DNA from: Candidatus Heimdallarchaeota archaeon
GTDB lineage: Archaea > Asgardarchaeota > Heimdallarchaeia > Heimdallarchaeales > Heimdallarchaeaceae
Direction of reading: 5' to 3'
Assembly: GCA_019057815.1 (NCBI GenBank)
Contig: JAHLWR010000011.1
Coordinates: 1-64,000 of the forward strand
Length of the DNA: 64,000 nucleotides
The stretch's first letter is position 1. Each line of letters begins with the position of its first letter. Below the pieces are notes generated by a model. It was given only the letters and a program-made list of their open reading frames with translations. It did no database searches and was not told the origin of the DNA. Of this stretch, positions 47,523 through 55,838 are shown piece after piece. The translations under genes were made by a program, and so were the position numbers.

Positions 47523-48263
47523 ATGAATGATGAACACGAAACAAAAGGTCCAGGGAGACCCCGAAAATATGCAACATCAGCAGAGCGAAAACGAGCTTAT
47601 AGGGAGAGAAAAAAGGAGAGACTCGCTCAAATGCAAAAAGGTGTTGCAAGACTAGAGAAGAAGGTGAGTAAATTGGGTATAACTAAAGAAAGATCTGATA
47701 AGTTGGATTCTCTACTAAATGAAATCGAGACACCAATGGCTAAATTTGCACCTTCTGAAATCGCAGAAATGGAAAATGATGAACTCTTGGAATTGCGAGA
47801 CATCTTGAGACACTGGTTGCAGGATCATAGAGGGCTTGGAGGAATAGTGACTCAATTGAGCAATGCTATAATTCCAAGAGCGTATGCTTCCTTTGATCAA
47901 TTGGAGTTATTTGGTCCAAGACAAGAAGAAGAAGAAGGAGAGGTAAAATACATTCCCTCGATGGTCGAAACAGTGATAGACAAAAAACGTCAAAATGCAA
48001 GAGCATATTACTTTTCATCATCAAGTAACAGATATAGCAGTAGTAACCTTGCAGAACTATTCGAACAAATCACCTTGCTCTATCTTGTTGAAGCTGAGAT
48101 CGCTAAGAGACGAAGAGACAAAGTTGAAGATTTTGCTATCGTGCAGCTAGAGACTAGAATCAAGGAACTAGAATCACTGCTAGAGGATAGTGAAGAAGCT
48201 AAAACTGAACCTTACTATAGAGGGGGTGAATCAGGTGGAAAAAGAGGTGATATCAATGAGTAA
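47523..48263 (+). CDS. AT-hook + bZIP-like coiled-coil protein, paralog A
   Basis: GPGRPRK; AERKRAYRERKKERLAQMQKGVARLEKKV; second coiled coil LETRIKELESLL. Confidence 0.75.
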   Translation: MNDEHETKGPGRPRKYATSAERKRAYRERKKERLAQMQKGVARLEKKVSKLGITKERSDKLDSLLNEIETPMAKFAPSEIAEMENDELLELRDILRHWLQDHRGLGGIVTQLSNAIIPRAYASFDQLELFGPRQEEEEGEVKYIPSMVETVIDKKRQNARAYYFSSSSNRYSSSNLAELFEQITLLYLVEAEIAKRRRDKVEDFAIVQLETRIKELESLLEDSEEAKTEPYYRGGESGGKRGDINE

Positions 48264-49395
48264 GAAGAATTTAGAGTCAAAAGAAAATAAACTGAGAGGT
48301 AAACCAATCGTTCTTGAATTTGGTTCAGCATTTACAAGAATAGGATTTTCGAGTGAAGATGCACCTCGAATAGTTAAACCAACGATTGTAGGTTATAATG
48401 ATGTAGTATCAAAGAATGACAATCTTACATCGATTTTAACCGAAACTAACAAACAAGCGTTTGTTGGCATTGCAGCTATTGAGAAAAGGAAGGAACTCGA
48501 AATAGTATATCCAATTAAAAACAGAAAAATAAATGACATGCAAGCTCTTAAAGTTATGATCCAATACGCAATTGAGAGAGACTTATCAATTACACCCGAT
48601 TTGCATGCAGCAATCGTTATTCTTCCATATCCAATCAGTGAAGAGGAAAAAGAAGAAATTACTAAAATGCTTTTAGACGATCTAAATTTTCCTGGTGTAT
48701 ATGTTTCATCTAGTGAAAATATGCCCCTATACAGTATAGGAAGAACAACTGGTATAGTTGTTGATTCAGGATACGAAAAAACAGATATTATACCTATTTT
48801 AGATGGTAAAATCATCACTAAAGCTGTTAAAAGCTTAAACATAGGTGGATATCACGTTACAAACAAGCTTAGAGAATCTCTGAGAGAGCAAGATTTCACA
48901 TATACAGATGAGGAAGACAAATTCTTTGGAGCTGCAAGAAACATCAAAGAAAATCTATGCTATGTAGCTTTAAATGCGGATAAGGAAATAGAACTAGCTT
49001 CTAAAGTTTCAGGGATGAGAAAAATACACAAGCTTCCAAATGGGGAAAAATATATTGTTGAACTCCAACGTTTTTTGGCGACTGAGATCTTGTTTCAACC
49101 AGAGATGATTGATTTGAAAGAAAAACCATTGCATGAACAAATTATCGATTCGATTCAGTCTTGTGATACTAAAAACCAATCATCGTTGTGGTCTAATATT
49201 GTTATTGCAGGTGGAAATTCTATATTACCAGGATATCATGCTAGATTAAATCACGAACTAAAATCACTAGCACCTGAAAACGAAGATGTAAGAATATATT
49301 CTACACCATCAAACACTAGCTTTTCTTCATGGATAGGCGCAAGTATCCTTAGTTCTAGAATGGAGTTTAGTAAACATTGGATTACAAAAAAGTAA
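48256..49395 (+). CDS. Actin-family protein (divergent)
   Basis: IVLEFGS..TRIGF..ED.PR...PT.VG, YPIK, TGIVVDSG, IKE.LCYVA, LPNG, E.LFQP, IVIAGG, WIGASILS; SD GAGGTGA before ATG 48256. Confidence 0.95.
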   Translation: MSKKNLESKENKLRGKPIVLEFGSAFTRIGFSSEDAPRIVKPTIVGYNDVVSKNDNLTSILTETNKQAFVGIAAIEKRKELEIVYPIKNRKINDMQALKVMIQYAIERDLSITPDLHAAIVILPYPISEEEKEEITKMLLDDLNFPGVYVSSSENMPLYSIGRTTGIVVDSGYEKTDIIPILDGKIITKAVKSLNIGGYHVTNKLRESLREQDFTYTDEEDKFFGAARNIKENLCYVALNADKEIELASKVSGMRKIHKLPNGEKYIVELQRFLATEILFQPEMIDLKEKPLHEQIIDSIQSCDTKNQSSLWSNIVIAGGNSILPGYHARLNHELKSLAPENEDVRIYSTPSNTSFSSWIGASILSSRMEFSKHWITKK

Positions 49396-49409
49396 TGTCT
49401 AAAAATGTT

Positions 49410-49432
49410 CTTTTTTCTTTTTTTTCTTTTTC
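49410..49432 (+). terminator. T-rich archaeal terminator after actin-like gene
   Basis: ttttttcttttttttctttttc. Confidence 0.55.
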
Positions 49433-49650
49433 TCTTATACATTTATCGAAGTACTGCTCTCCTACATATGAGGTTCAAGGGACAGTAGGAGAACATTAAT
49501 TTCCAATAATACCTATACAATCAGATATATATTTTAAACATAAATGAAAAAGATTTTCTTAAGATTTGTAAAAAATCTGACTTTTTAGTTAATAATATAT
49601 AGAAAGAAAATTAATTTCTTTTGGCTTTACTTGGAAAAAAGCTATGTTTT

Positions 49651-52089
49651 TCAAACGGGTTCAGGAAGTGGATAAAAATCATATGATCCACTTGAACCAG
49701 CTATTTCATAGGATCCAACACCAATCCAGTCCACCCAATAGTTACCTTCTAGAGTAATAATGTCGTACCAGATGTTGTTGGTTCCTGCATCAAATGCTTG
49801 ACTATCACCATTCATATAATTATCTATGAAGTTATTATAGGATATTACATTGTTTGAAGAGTATTTATTAATTGAAAGAGCATACATTCTGCTATATAGG
49901 AAAGTGTTTCCTAATAAATTGCTATTAGATGAAAAATTCAGCTGTATCCCTGTTTCACAGTATAGCAATTGATTTTTCGAAATATTAGTTTTGAAACTAT
50001 CTTCTATTAACAAACCTACGAATGAACTATTTAGTATGCTATTGTCTTTTACAACCACATCTACGCAACCATATAGCATTGTTCCTACAACACTGAGTAG
50101 AATAGTATTATTAATAATTTCAATCGGTCCAAGCAGTTCTTCATACTTCTTAATTATCACTGAATTTTCAACTTTTGTTAACCAATAACTTGTATTGATG
50201 ACGATTCCAGAGTAAGTACTATTATAAATTAAGTTTTCAGAAACAGTAAGAAAAAAAGTAAAATAACAACGTATGCCACAACCATTATTATCTAAAGAAT
50301 TATACTTAATTGTCATAAATTTAGATTCTATTGAATGAATTCCAAAATTATTACAGTTGAAGATTTCATTTGTTGTTATATTAACTATCTCACAAAAAAT
50401 AACAAAAATCCCTTTTAAACAATTGAAAAAGTAGTTATCAGAAATAATGATTTGAGAACAAAATACCAAAGATAATCCATTAGAATTGATATTATTTAAA
50501 CTACAATTTGTTATGGTACAATTACAAGAATAATATAGAGCAATTCCGTCCTCAACACTCTCAATTTGCTGATTAAGTATTTTTATATCGGAACAATTAA
50601 AGAAAATTAGTTGACCATATTCATCTACAATTTCTTTATTTCTTACATTCTTGAAAAAACCTAAAGGTTTTTTGTTTACAGTATTATTGATAATTGTTGA
50701 GGTAGAAAATAGCAGCTCACTTTCATGACCAAAAAAACTAAGACCATTATTTATCAATTGGTTACTAATAAGGTTAAAGTTTGAGTTCAAATCAATTTTA
50801 ATCCCACTTCCATGATTATTAGAAACTACATTATCTATTACAGTTGCATTATCGAATCTCCAAAGTGAAATACCACTCCCATTATTTTTTTCAATTAAAT
50901 TATTTCTAATGTTTGTACAAGGGGATTCAATTGCACAAATTCCAAAACAATTTGAAGATATCATGTTATTTTCAATATTAGTTTTTTCAGAATCAAAAAT
51001 ACTAACCCCCTTATAAGTATTTGAAAGAGTGGAGTTTAGGATATCACAATTAGAACATGCTCTGAATTCAATAGCTGTGTAGCTATTATTGATCCTCTGA
51101 TTTACAATAGAAACATTAATACAATCAATTAGAAAAATTTGTCCATATTTATCAGAAAGCACTGAATTTTCGAGTTTAGTGAAGAATCCAAGTTTATACC
51201 CATTGATCCAATTATTATATACATTATAGTGTTCAAATCTACTATCAAAAAAATAATCAAGTTGAATACCTAAACCACAGAGAAGGTTATTAGAAATTGT
51301 TGTATTGGTTGAATCACGTATATATAATTTACCTTTATTATCACTATCTACAACATTTCCGTTTATAATAGAATTGGGTGACCATTCCATTGAAAGAAAG
51401 TATCGAGGGGAATCAACAAAAGTATTATTCTGAATTTCAACTTCTGCACTGAAACTAACACGAATATAGCTTTTACTAAATGAATTGTGAACAATCAAAG
51501 TAAAATCTGAACCCCTTAATTCAATTCCAATCATTAGTTCTCCAATTTTTTCCTCAAAAAAACAATTATTTTGTATTCTTACATTGTTTGAATCTTGGAC
51601 ATATATTCCCTGATATCCACAGTTATAGATTGAATTATTTGTGATATAGGCAGTATTTGGAGCTATATTTTTAATTGAAATACCAGTGGAACTAGCTTTT
51701 AATATACAATTTTGTATCACAAAATATGAAGCTATATCCATAATAAGAATGGCATCTCTTGCAGTTGTTGTAATATTAAAATACTCAATGATATAGGGAG
51801 AGTCTTTTGTACCTTTACCCTTGGATGTATAATTCTTGAAGTCAATTTCTCTTTTTATCACAATTGACTCAGTCGTATTTTCAAAGGATGGTTCAGTCAA
51901 ATCATCAGGATATGAATCGGATTGATCATTAATTAAGAAATAAATTCCTACTATACTTCCGCTAATAATAAATAAAGAAAAAAGTATGGATATCGACTTA
52001 AAAAAAGTTGAATTAATCTTTATTTGTTTCATAATATCACAATTGTGTATCACTTGTTTAGGTGTTGGAACACTTATAGGTATTTTCAT
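49651..52089 (-). CDS. Membrane-anchored parallel beta-helix (NosD/CASH) repeat protein
   Basis: N-terminal TM, GTKDSPYIIE, N.I.NN/GI repeats, EGNYW.DW. Confidence 0.85.
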   Translation of the reverse strand: MKIPISVPTPKQVIHNCDIMKQIKINSTFFKSISILFSLFIISGSIVGIYFLINDQSDSYPDDLTEPSFENTTESIVIKREIDFKNYTSKGKGTKDSPYIIEYFNITTTARDAILIMDIASYFVIQNCILKASSTGISIKNIAPNTAYITNNSIYNCGYQGIYVQDSNNVRIQNNCFFEEKIGELMIGIELRGSDFTLIVHNSFSKSYIRVSFSAEVEIQNNTFVDSPRYFLSMEWSPNSIINGNVVDSDNKGKLYIRDSTNTTISNNLLCGLGIQLDYFFDSRFEHYNVYNNWINGYKLGFFTKLENSVLSDKYGQIFLIDCINVSIVNQRINNSYTAIEFRACSNCDILNSTLSNTYKGVSIFDSEKTNIENNMISSNCFGICAIESPCTNIRNNLIEKNNGSGISLWRFDNATVIDNVVSNNHGSGIKIDLNSNFNLISNQLINNGLSFFGHESELLFSTSTIINNTVNKKPLGFFKNVRNKEIVDEYGQLIFFNCSDIKILNQQIESVEDGIALYYSCNCTITNCSLNNINSNGLSLVFCSQIIISDNYFFNCLKGIFVIFCEIVNITTNEIFNCNNFGIHSIESKFMTIKYNSLDNNGCGIRCYFTFFLTVSENLIYNSTYSGIVINTSYWLTKVENSVIIKKYEELLGPIEIINNTILLSVVGTMLYGCVDVVVKDNSILNSSFVGLLIEDSFKTNISKNQLLYCETGIQLNFSSNSNLLGNTFLYSRMYALSINKYSSNNVISYNNFIDNYMNGDSQAFDAGTNNIWYDIITLEGNYWVDWIGVGSYEIAGSSGSYDFYPLPEPV

Positions 52090-52300
52090 GTAGATAAGAC
52101 AACTGAATTATTCAAGAGGAAAAACGTTAATACTACTACTACTATGATTTCAGTAATTAACTTACTTTGTTCCGATAATTTGAATAACTGGCTTCTTTTA
52201 AGACGTTTATTTCAGCTTTAATATTGTTCCTTAAAAGAACATCTATTTTATACAATAAGTTTATATATACCTTTTAGTAAATGGTATGATTAGAGTATAG

Positions 52301-54043
52301 TTGAAGTTTCATAATCCGGTGAGAAATTTGAAGATAAAAGAAACCAAGACAAATAAAATCAAGAATAAATATTTGAAAAAACTCTCTTTAGAATTAATTA
52401 AAAGAGGTACTGCAAATGATCAAATAAAATCAATATTAGATGAAGTCTCGATTAGCATCGAAGACTATGTTTCAGAGTTTAAACCAAAAGATTTCAGTGA
52501 AATGATGGAAAAATTTGGTTCTCCTCAGAATTTCTGTGATAATAACTCAATTATTCGTTCACGTGAAGCATTAACAGGTCAAATAGTGTTTTTAGTACTG
52601 ACAACTCTTAGTCTTTTGGTAGTCCCTGTAATTGTGATAACAAGCATTTCGATTCGTATGGTACCTCATTCGCTTATTTTTGAGAGATCAGAGAAATTTT
52701 TTTTGGGAATAGAGGGAGCAAATAATGGTTATGGATTTTTGGGGATTATATTTGGTCTAAGTATTTACATATGGATGCTTTATCAATACTTCAAGGATAA
52801 ATTTTCACCTTACGATATAAGGGAGAATATTAAAATTATCATACTTTTATTATTCTGGTTTTTAGTGGTTTTCTACCTTTATCTAGTTATAAGGAATTAT
52901 ACCTTCTATCATGAAGTAATAGCTGATATGTGGAACCAAGATATGAAACTTATTGTTTTAGAAGGATTAATTAGATGGTTAGCTGCTGGAATTGTATTAC
53001 TTGTTATAACCATGCTTTATACTAACAAATACTATAGGTATTATCGCAAAAAGAATCGCAGAGAACAGAAAAAATTCCTAATAGACCAAGTGGGTGTATT
53101 GGTTATCGTTTTTGTTTTAACTAGTTTTATATCTCCTGGACCAAGTATTGGAGTATTAATTACTGCAATGGCAATTGGAACTATTTTAATAGGAAAAATT
53201 ACAGGAAAAACATGGATTTTAGGCATTCTCGCTTTGTTACTACATTTAGGAGCCTTAATAAATGACTTAGTTGCTATAGAAGATATAGTAAGCAATCGTT
53301 TTGATAGAACACGAATTATTTTTGGAATTAGAACGAGTAATACTGAAAACATCGTTTTTCCAGCTATCATAATATCATTGTGTCTTGTTATTATTTGGAC
53401 AATATTTTGTATTAGGGTTTTAAAGAGGGATAAGAGACAATTTTTACCCCGTTTCAACTTACAAAAAGGAAGGACAATGTTTGTTTCTATTTCTTTAGTC
53501 ACTTTGGCTCTTATTGCTGTTCTTGGTTCACAACCCCATTACACGTTAATTGCAGAGGATTATCATGTAGAAGTTTCAGAAACATATATTACAGCTGACC
53601 TATTTTACAAGATACCAGATAAAGGAAGATTATTCATATCATATTATACATCTATAGAAGACAGCGATCACAAACTAAGTGGTAGTTGGTTTCTTACTTG
53701 GAAGCTAGCTGGCGCCATTTTAACAACATTCAAAAGTGAAGGAAATTTCTCAAGTAAAACTGACCCTAGTTACTCAAATACAATATTCAATTACACTTTT
53801 TCAATTCACTACTTATCATTGAAAATAAATAATTCTGGAACTATTCATTATCAGTATAAGATTAGAATTGATAGTTTGACAGTTTTAATACCAGTTTTTC
53901 AAATTCAGTGGTCACCAATAGTACCATGGTTTAAAACTTGGAATGATGTTACCATATTCATTAGTACAATAGTACTCTTTTTCTTATCCTGGAATAAGAA
54001 GAGGAACATAATTTCACTGAACTCGAAAAAAGGAGATGCTTAA
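52301..54043 (+). CDS. HAAS-domain multi-TM membrane protein (PadR partner)
   Basis: YLKKL...EV...IED...FGSP N-terminus, about 9 TM; abuts PadR gene. Confidence 0.7.
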   Translation: MKFHNPVRNLKIKETKTNKIKNKYLKKLSLELIKRGTANDQIKSILDEVSISIEDYVSEFKPKDFSEMMEKFGSPQNFCDNNSIIRSREALTGQIVFLVLTTLSLLVVPVIVITSISIRMVPHSLIFERSEKFFLGIEGANNGYGFLGIIFGLSIYIWMLYQYFKDKFSPYDIRENIKIIILLLFWFLVVFYLYLVIRNYTFYHEVIADMWNQDMKLIVLEGLIRWLAAGIVLLVITMLYTNKYYRYYRKKNRREQKKFLIDQVGVLVIVFVLTSFISPGPSIGVLITAMAIGTILIGKITGKTWILGILALLLHLGALINDLVAIEDIVSNRFDRTRIIFGIRTSNTENIVFPAIIISLCLVIIWTIFCIRVLKRDKRQFLPRFNLQKGRTMFVSISLVTLALIAVLGSQPHYTLIAEDYHVEVSETYITADLFYKIPDKGRLFISYYTSIEDSDHKLSGSWFLTWKLAGAILTTFKSEGNFSSKTDPSYSNTIFNYTFSIHYLSLKINNSGTIHYQYKIRIDSLTVLIPVFQIQWSPIVPWFKTWNDVTIFISTIVLFFLSWNKKRNIISLNSKKGDA

Positions 54044-54412
54044 ATGCCAAGAGATGAGCATGAAGAAGAAGTCTTGTTGAAAAAATGGCGAGCGCAACTA
54101 TCTAGAGGGATCTTAGAATTCCTCGTGCTCATCCTCCTACAGAAAGAAAGACATGGTTGGGATATCTTGCAACTAGTTAGATCTTTATTACCTCCAACTG
54201 AACCCCCATTAGCAGATGGTACAATTTACAATATTCTAACTAGATTAAAAGAAAGAGAATTAGTATCGTCTAGAAGCAAAATCATAGAAGGAAGAATGAG
54301 AAGATATTATAAACTATCAAAAAAAGGTGAGGTATTATTAACTGAAATGATTAAAGATTGGAAGAGTGTGATAATTTCAATTTCTGAAGCTGAAGAAATA
54401 AGTAAAACATAA
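54044..54412 (+). CDS. PadR-family transcriptional regulator
   Basis: RGILE..VL..L, HGWDI, GTIY..L.RL, RRYY.LS..G. Confidence 0.92.
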   Translation: MPRDEHEEEVLLKKWRAQLSRGILEFLVLILLQKERHGWDILQLVRSLLPPTEPPLADGTIYNILTRLKERELVSSRSKIIEGRMRRYYKLSKKGEVLLTEMIKDWKSVIISISEAEEISKT

Positions 54413-54663
54413 AATTTTAGGAATAAGTGTACTTCTAATAATAATCAAAGAGTAAAAGAATGCTCTAAACTGCAGAAAAGAGCTAGTAAAAGACTACATT
54501 TGTGGGATATCATTCCAGAGTGAAGACGATATTACTTTACCTCATGAAGGTTTTTCAACTGATTTTCTATATCGTACTAAAGCCACCAACTTTGATGGCA
54601 TTAATAATTTCATTAGCACTTCTAACTCTTTTCCACAACACCATAAGCCAATTATAGAATATA

Positions 54664-54730
54664 GTAACGTTATGGTAATATTTATATATACTGAGGAGAA
54701 ATAATAACGTGACGAAATTAATTTCGTAAC
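54664..54730. promoter_or_regulatory. Palindromic operators bracketing a TATA box
   Basis: gtaacgttat 54664-73, TATA 54681-90, ataacgtgac 54704-13, 22-bp palindrome gtgacgaaattaatttcgtaac 54709-30 (1 mismatch). Confidence 0.75.
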
Positions 54731-54749
54731 CAACTAGTGTTGTGATAAT

Positions 54750-55649
54750 ATGACTGATAAGAAGAAGAAAGGACCTGGACGTCCCCGAAAACATGTTTCT
54801 TATGATGTGCCTAAAGACGAACTTGCTGCAGCTAGACAGAAAGCTTATCGTGCTCAGAAGAAAAAAAGAATTGTGGAAATCCAACGCAAGGTTGGACGAC
54901 TTGAACAGGAAGTAATAACTATGTCGAAAACTGATAAAAAAATATCGCCTGAAATGCAAGCAATACATGAAGATATTCAAGCTCCTTGGGTGAAATATAC
55001 AGAATCAGAGCTCATGGAAATGGATGATTCTCAGCTTGAACGAATAAGGGCTGTTTTAATAAATCGCTTAATGAATCCTTTTGGTAATCCGTTAACCCAA
55101 GCTTTAGAAAGGGTAATTATGCCCTCTGTTGATCGCGAATTTGATTCAAGAGGTTTAGACTTGAAGAAACCTCCCAAAGAAATAGCAGAAGAAGGGTTAT
55201 CTAAACCTGCAGAGGATGTGACACCAAAGACTGACATGCAAATAAGTCAGTATCTTGAGAGGCTTGAAGCTGAAGGTGTGGATATTTCATCTATTAAGGA
55301 TCATGTTGTTCCTTCATCAATGGAATATAGGAAAGAAGAATCACCTCTTCACTGGAAAAATGTAACAGTAGGGCACAGAATCCAGCCGCTATTTGATACT
55401 TTTCAACAGATGATTTTGCTGTATAATGTTGAAGCTGAATTATCTAGACGAAAACGAGAAATGGCATTGGATTCAGATGTTGAACAGCTCGAAAAACGTA
55501 TCGAAGAACTTGAGAAATCGCTTGTTGATGAAAGAACAAGAGAAGTAAAGAGAAGTTACGCAAGAAAGATGGAGGATTACGCAAGAAGAACGGAGAAAAA
55601 AGATATAATCAAGAAGTCTCCAAAAAAGAAGACTAAAGGTGGTGAATAA
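54750..55649 (+). CDS. AT-hook + bZIP-like coiled-coil protein, paralog B
   Basis: GPGRPRK; AARQKAYRAQKKKRIVEIQRKVGRLEQEV; F.Q..LLY.VEAE..RR.R...QLE.RI.ELE shared with paralog A. Confidence 0.75.
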   Translation: MTDKKKKGPGRPRKHVSYDVPKDELAAARQKAYRAQKKKRIVEIQRKVGRLEQEVITMSKTDKKISPEMQAIHEDIQAPWVKYTESELMEMDDSQLERIRAVLINRLMNPFGNPLTQALERVIMPSVDREFDSRGLDLKKPPKEIAEEGLSKPAEDVTPKTDMQISQYLERLEAEGVDISSIKDHVVPSSMEYRKEESPLHWKNVTVGHRIQPLFDTFQQMILLYNVEAELSRRKREMALDSDVEQLEKRIEELEKSLVDERTREVKRSYARKMEDYARRTEKKDIIKKSPKKKTKGGE

Positions 55650-55786
55650 ATGTCCGACGAAGTATACACCAAACCTATAGTCTTAGATAAACGGTACTGG
55701 CTTCACTAAAAACATTTTCGAAATTGTGGGAGACAAAGAAAGAATACCAAGAAATGGGTCCAAGTTCTGTATATAGGTGTATATAG
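55650..55786 (+). pseudogene. Internally deleted canonical Asgard actin gene
   Basis: MSDEVYTKPIVLD(+1 nt)NGTGFTKN fused to ASLKTFSKLWETKKEYQEMGPSSVYRCI-stop; T-rich terminator follows. Confidence 0.9.
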
Positions 55787-55838
55787 TTTTTTCTTTTTTT
55801 GTTTCTGAAATAAAATAAAAAAATAAAGAGAAAAAGAA

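Noticed and set aside
48190-48255. ORF-track N-terminal extension of the actin gene
   Set aside because: Overlaps the upstream gene by 74 nt; ATG 48256 has a clear GAGGTGA SD
49458-49492. 8-bp inverted repeat tctcctac/gtaggaga
   Set aside because: Short, single occurrence; could be chance or a terminator element
54542-54980. Minus-strand ORFs of 63 and 137 aa
   Set aside because: Antisense to the bZIP-like gene and its promoter; no recognisable motifs
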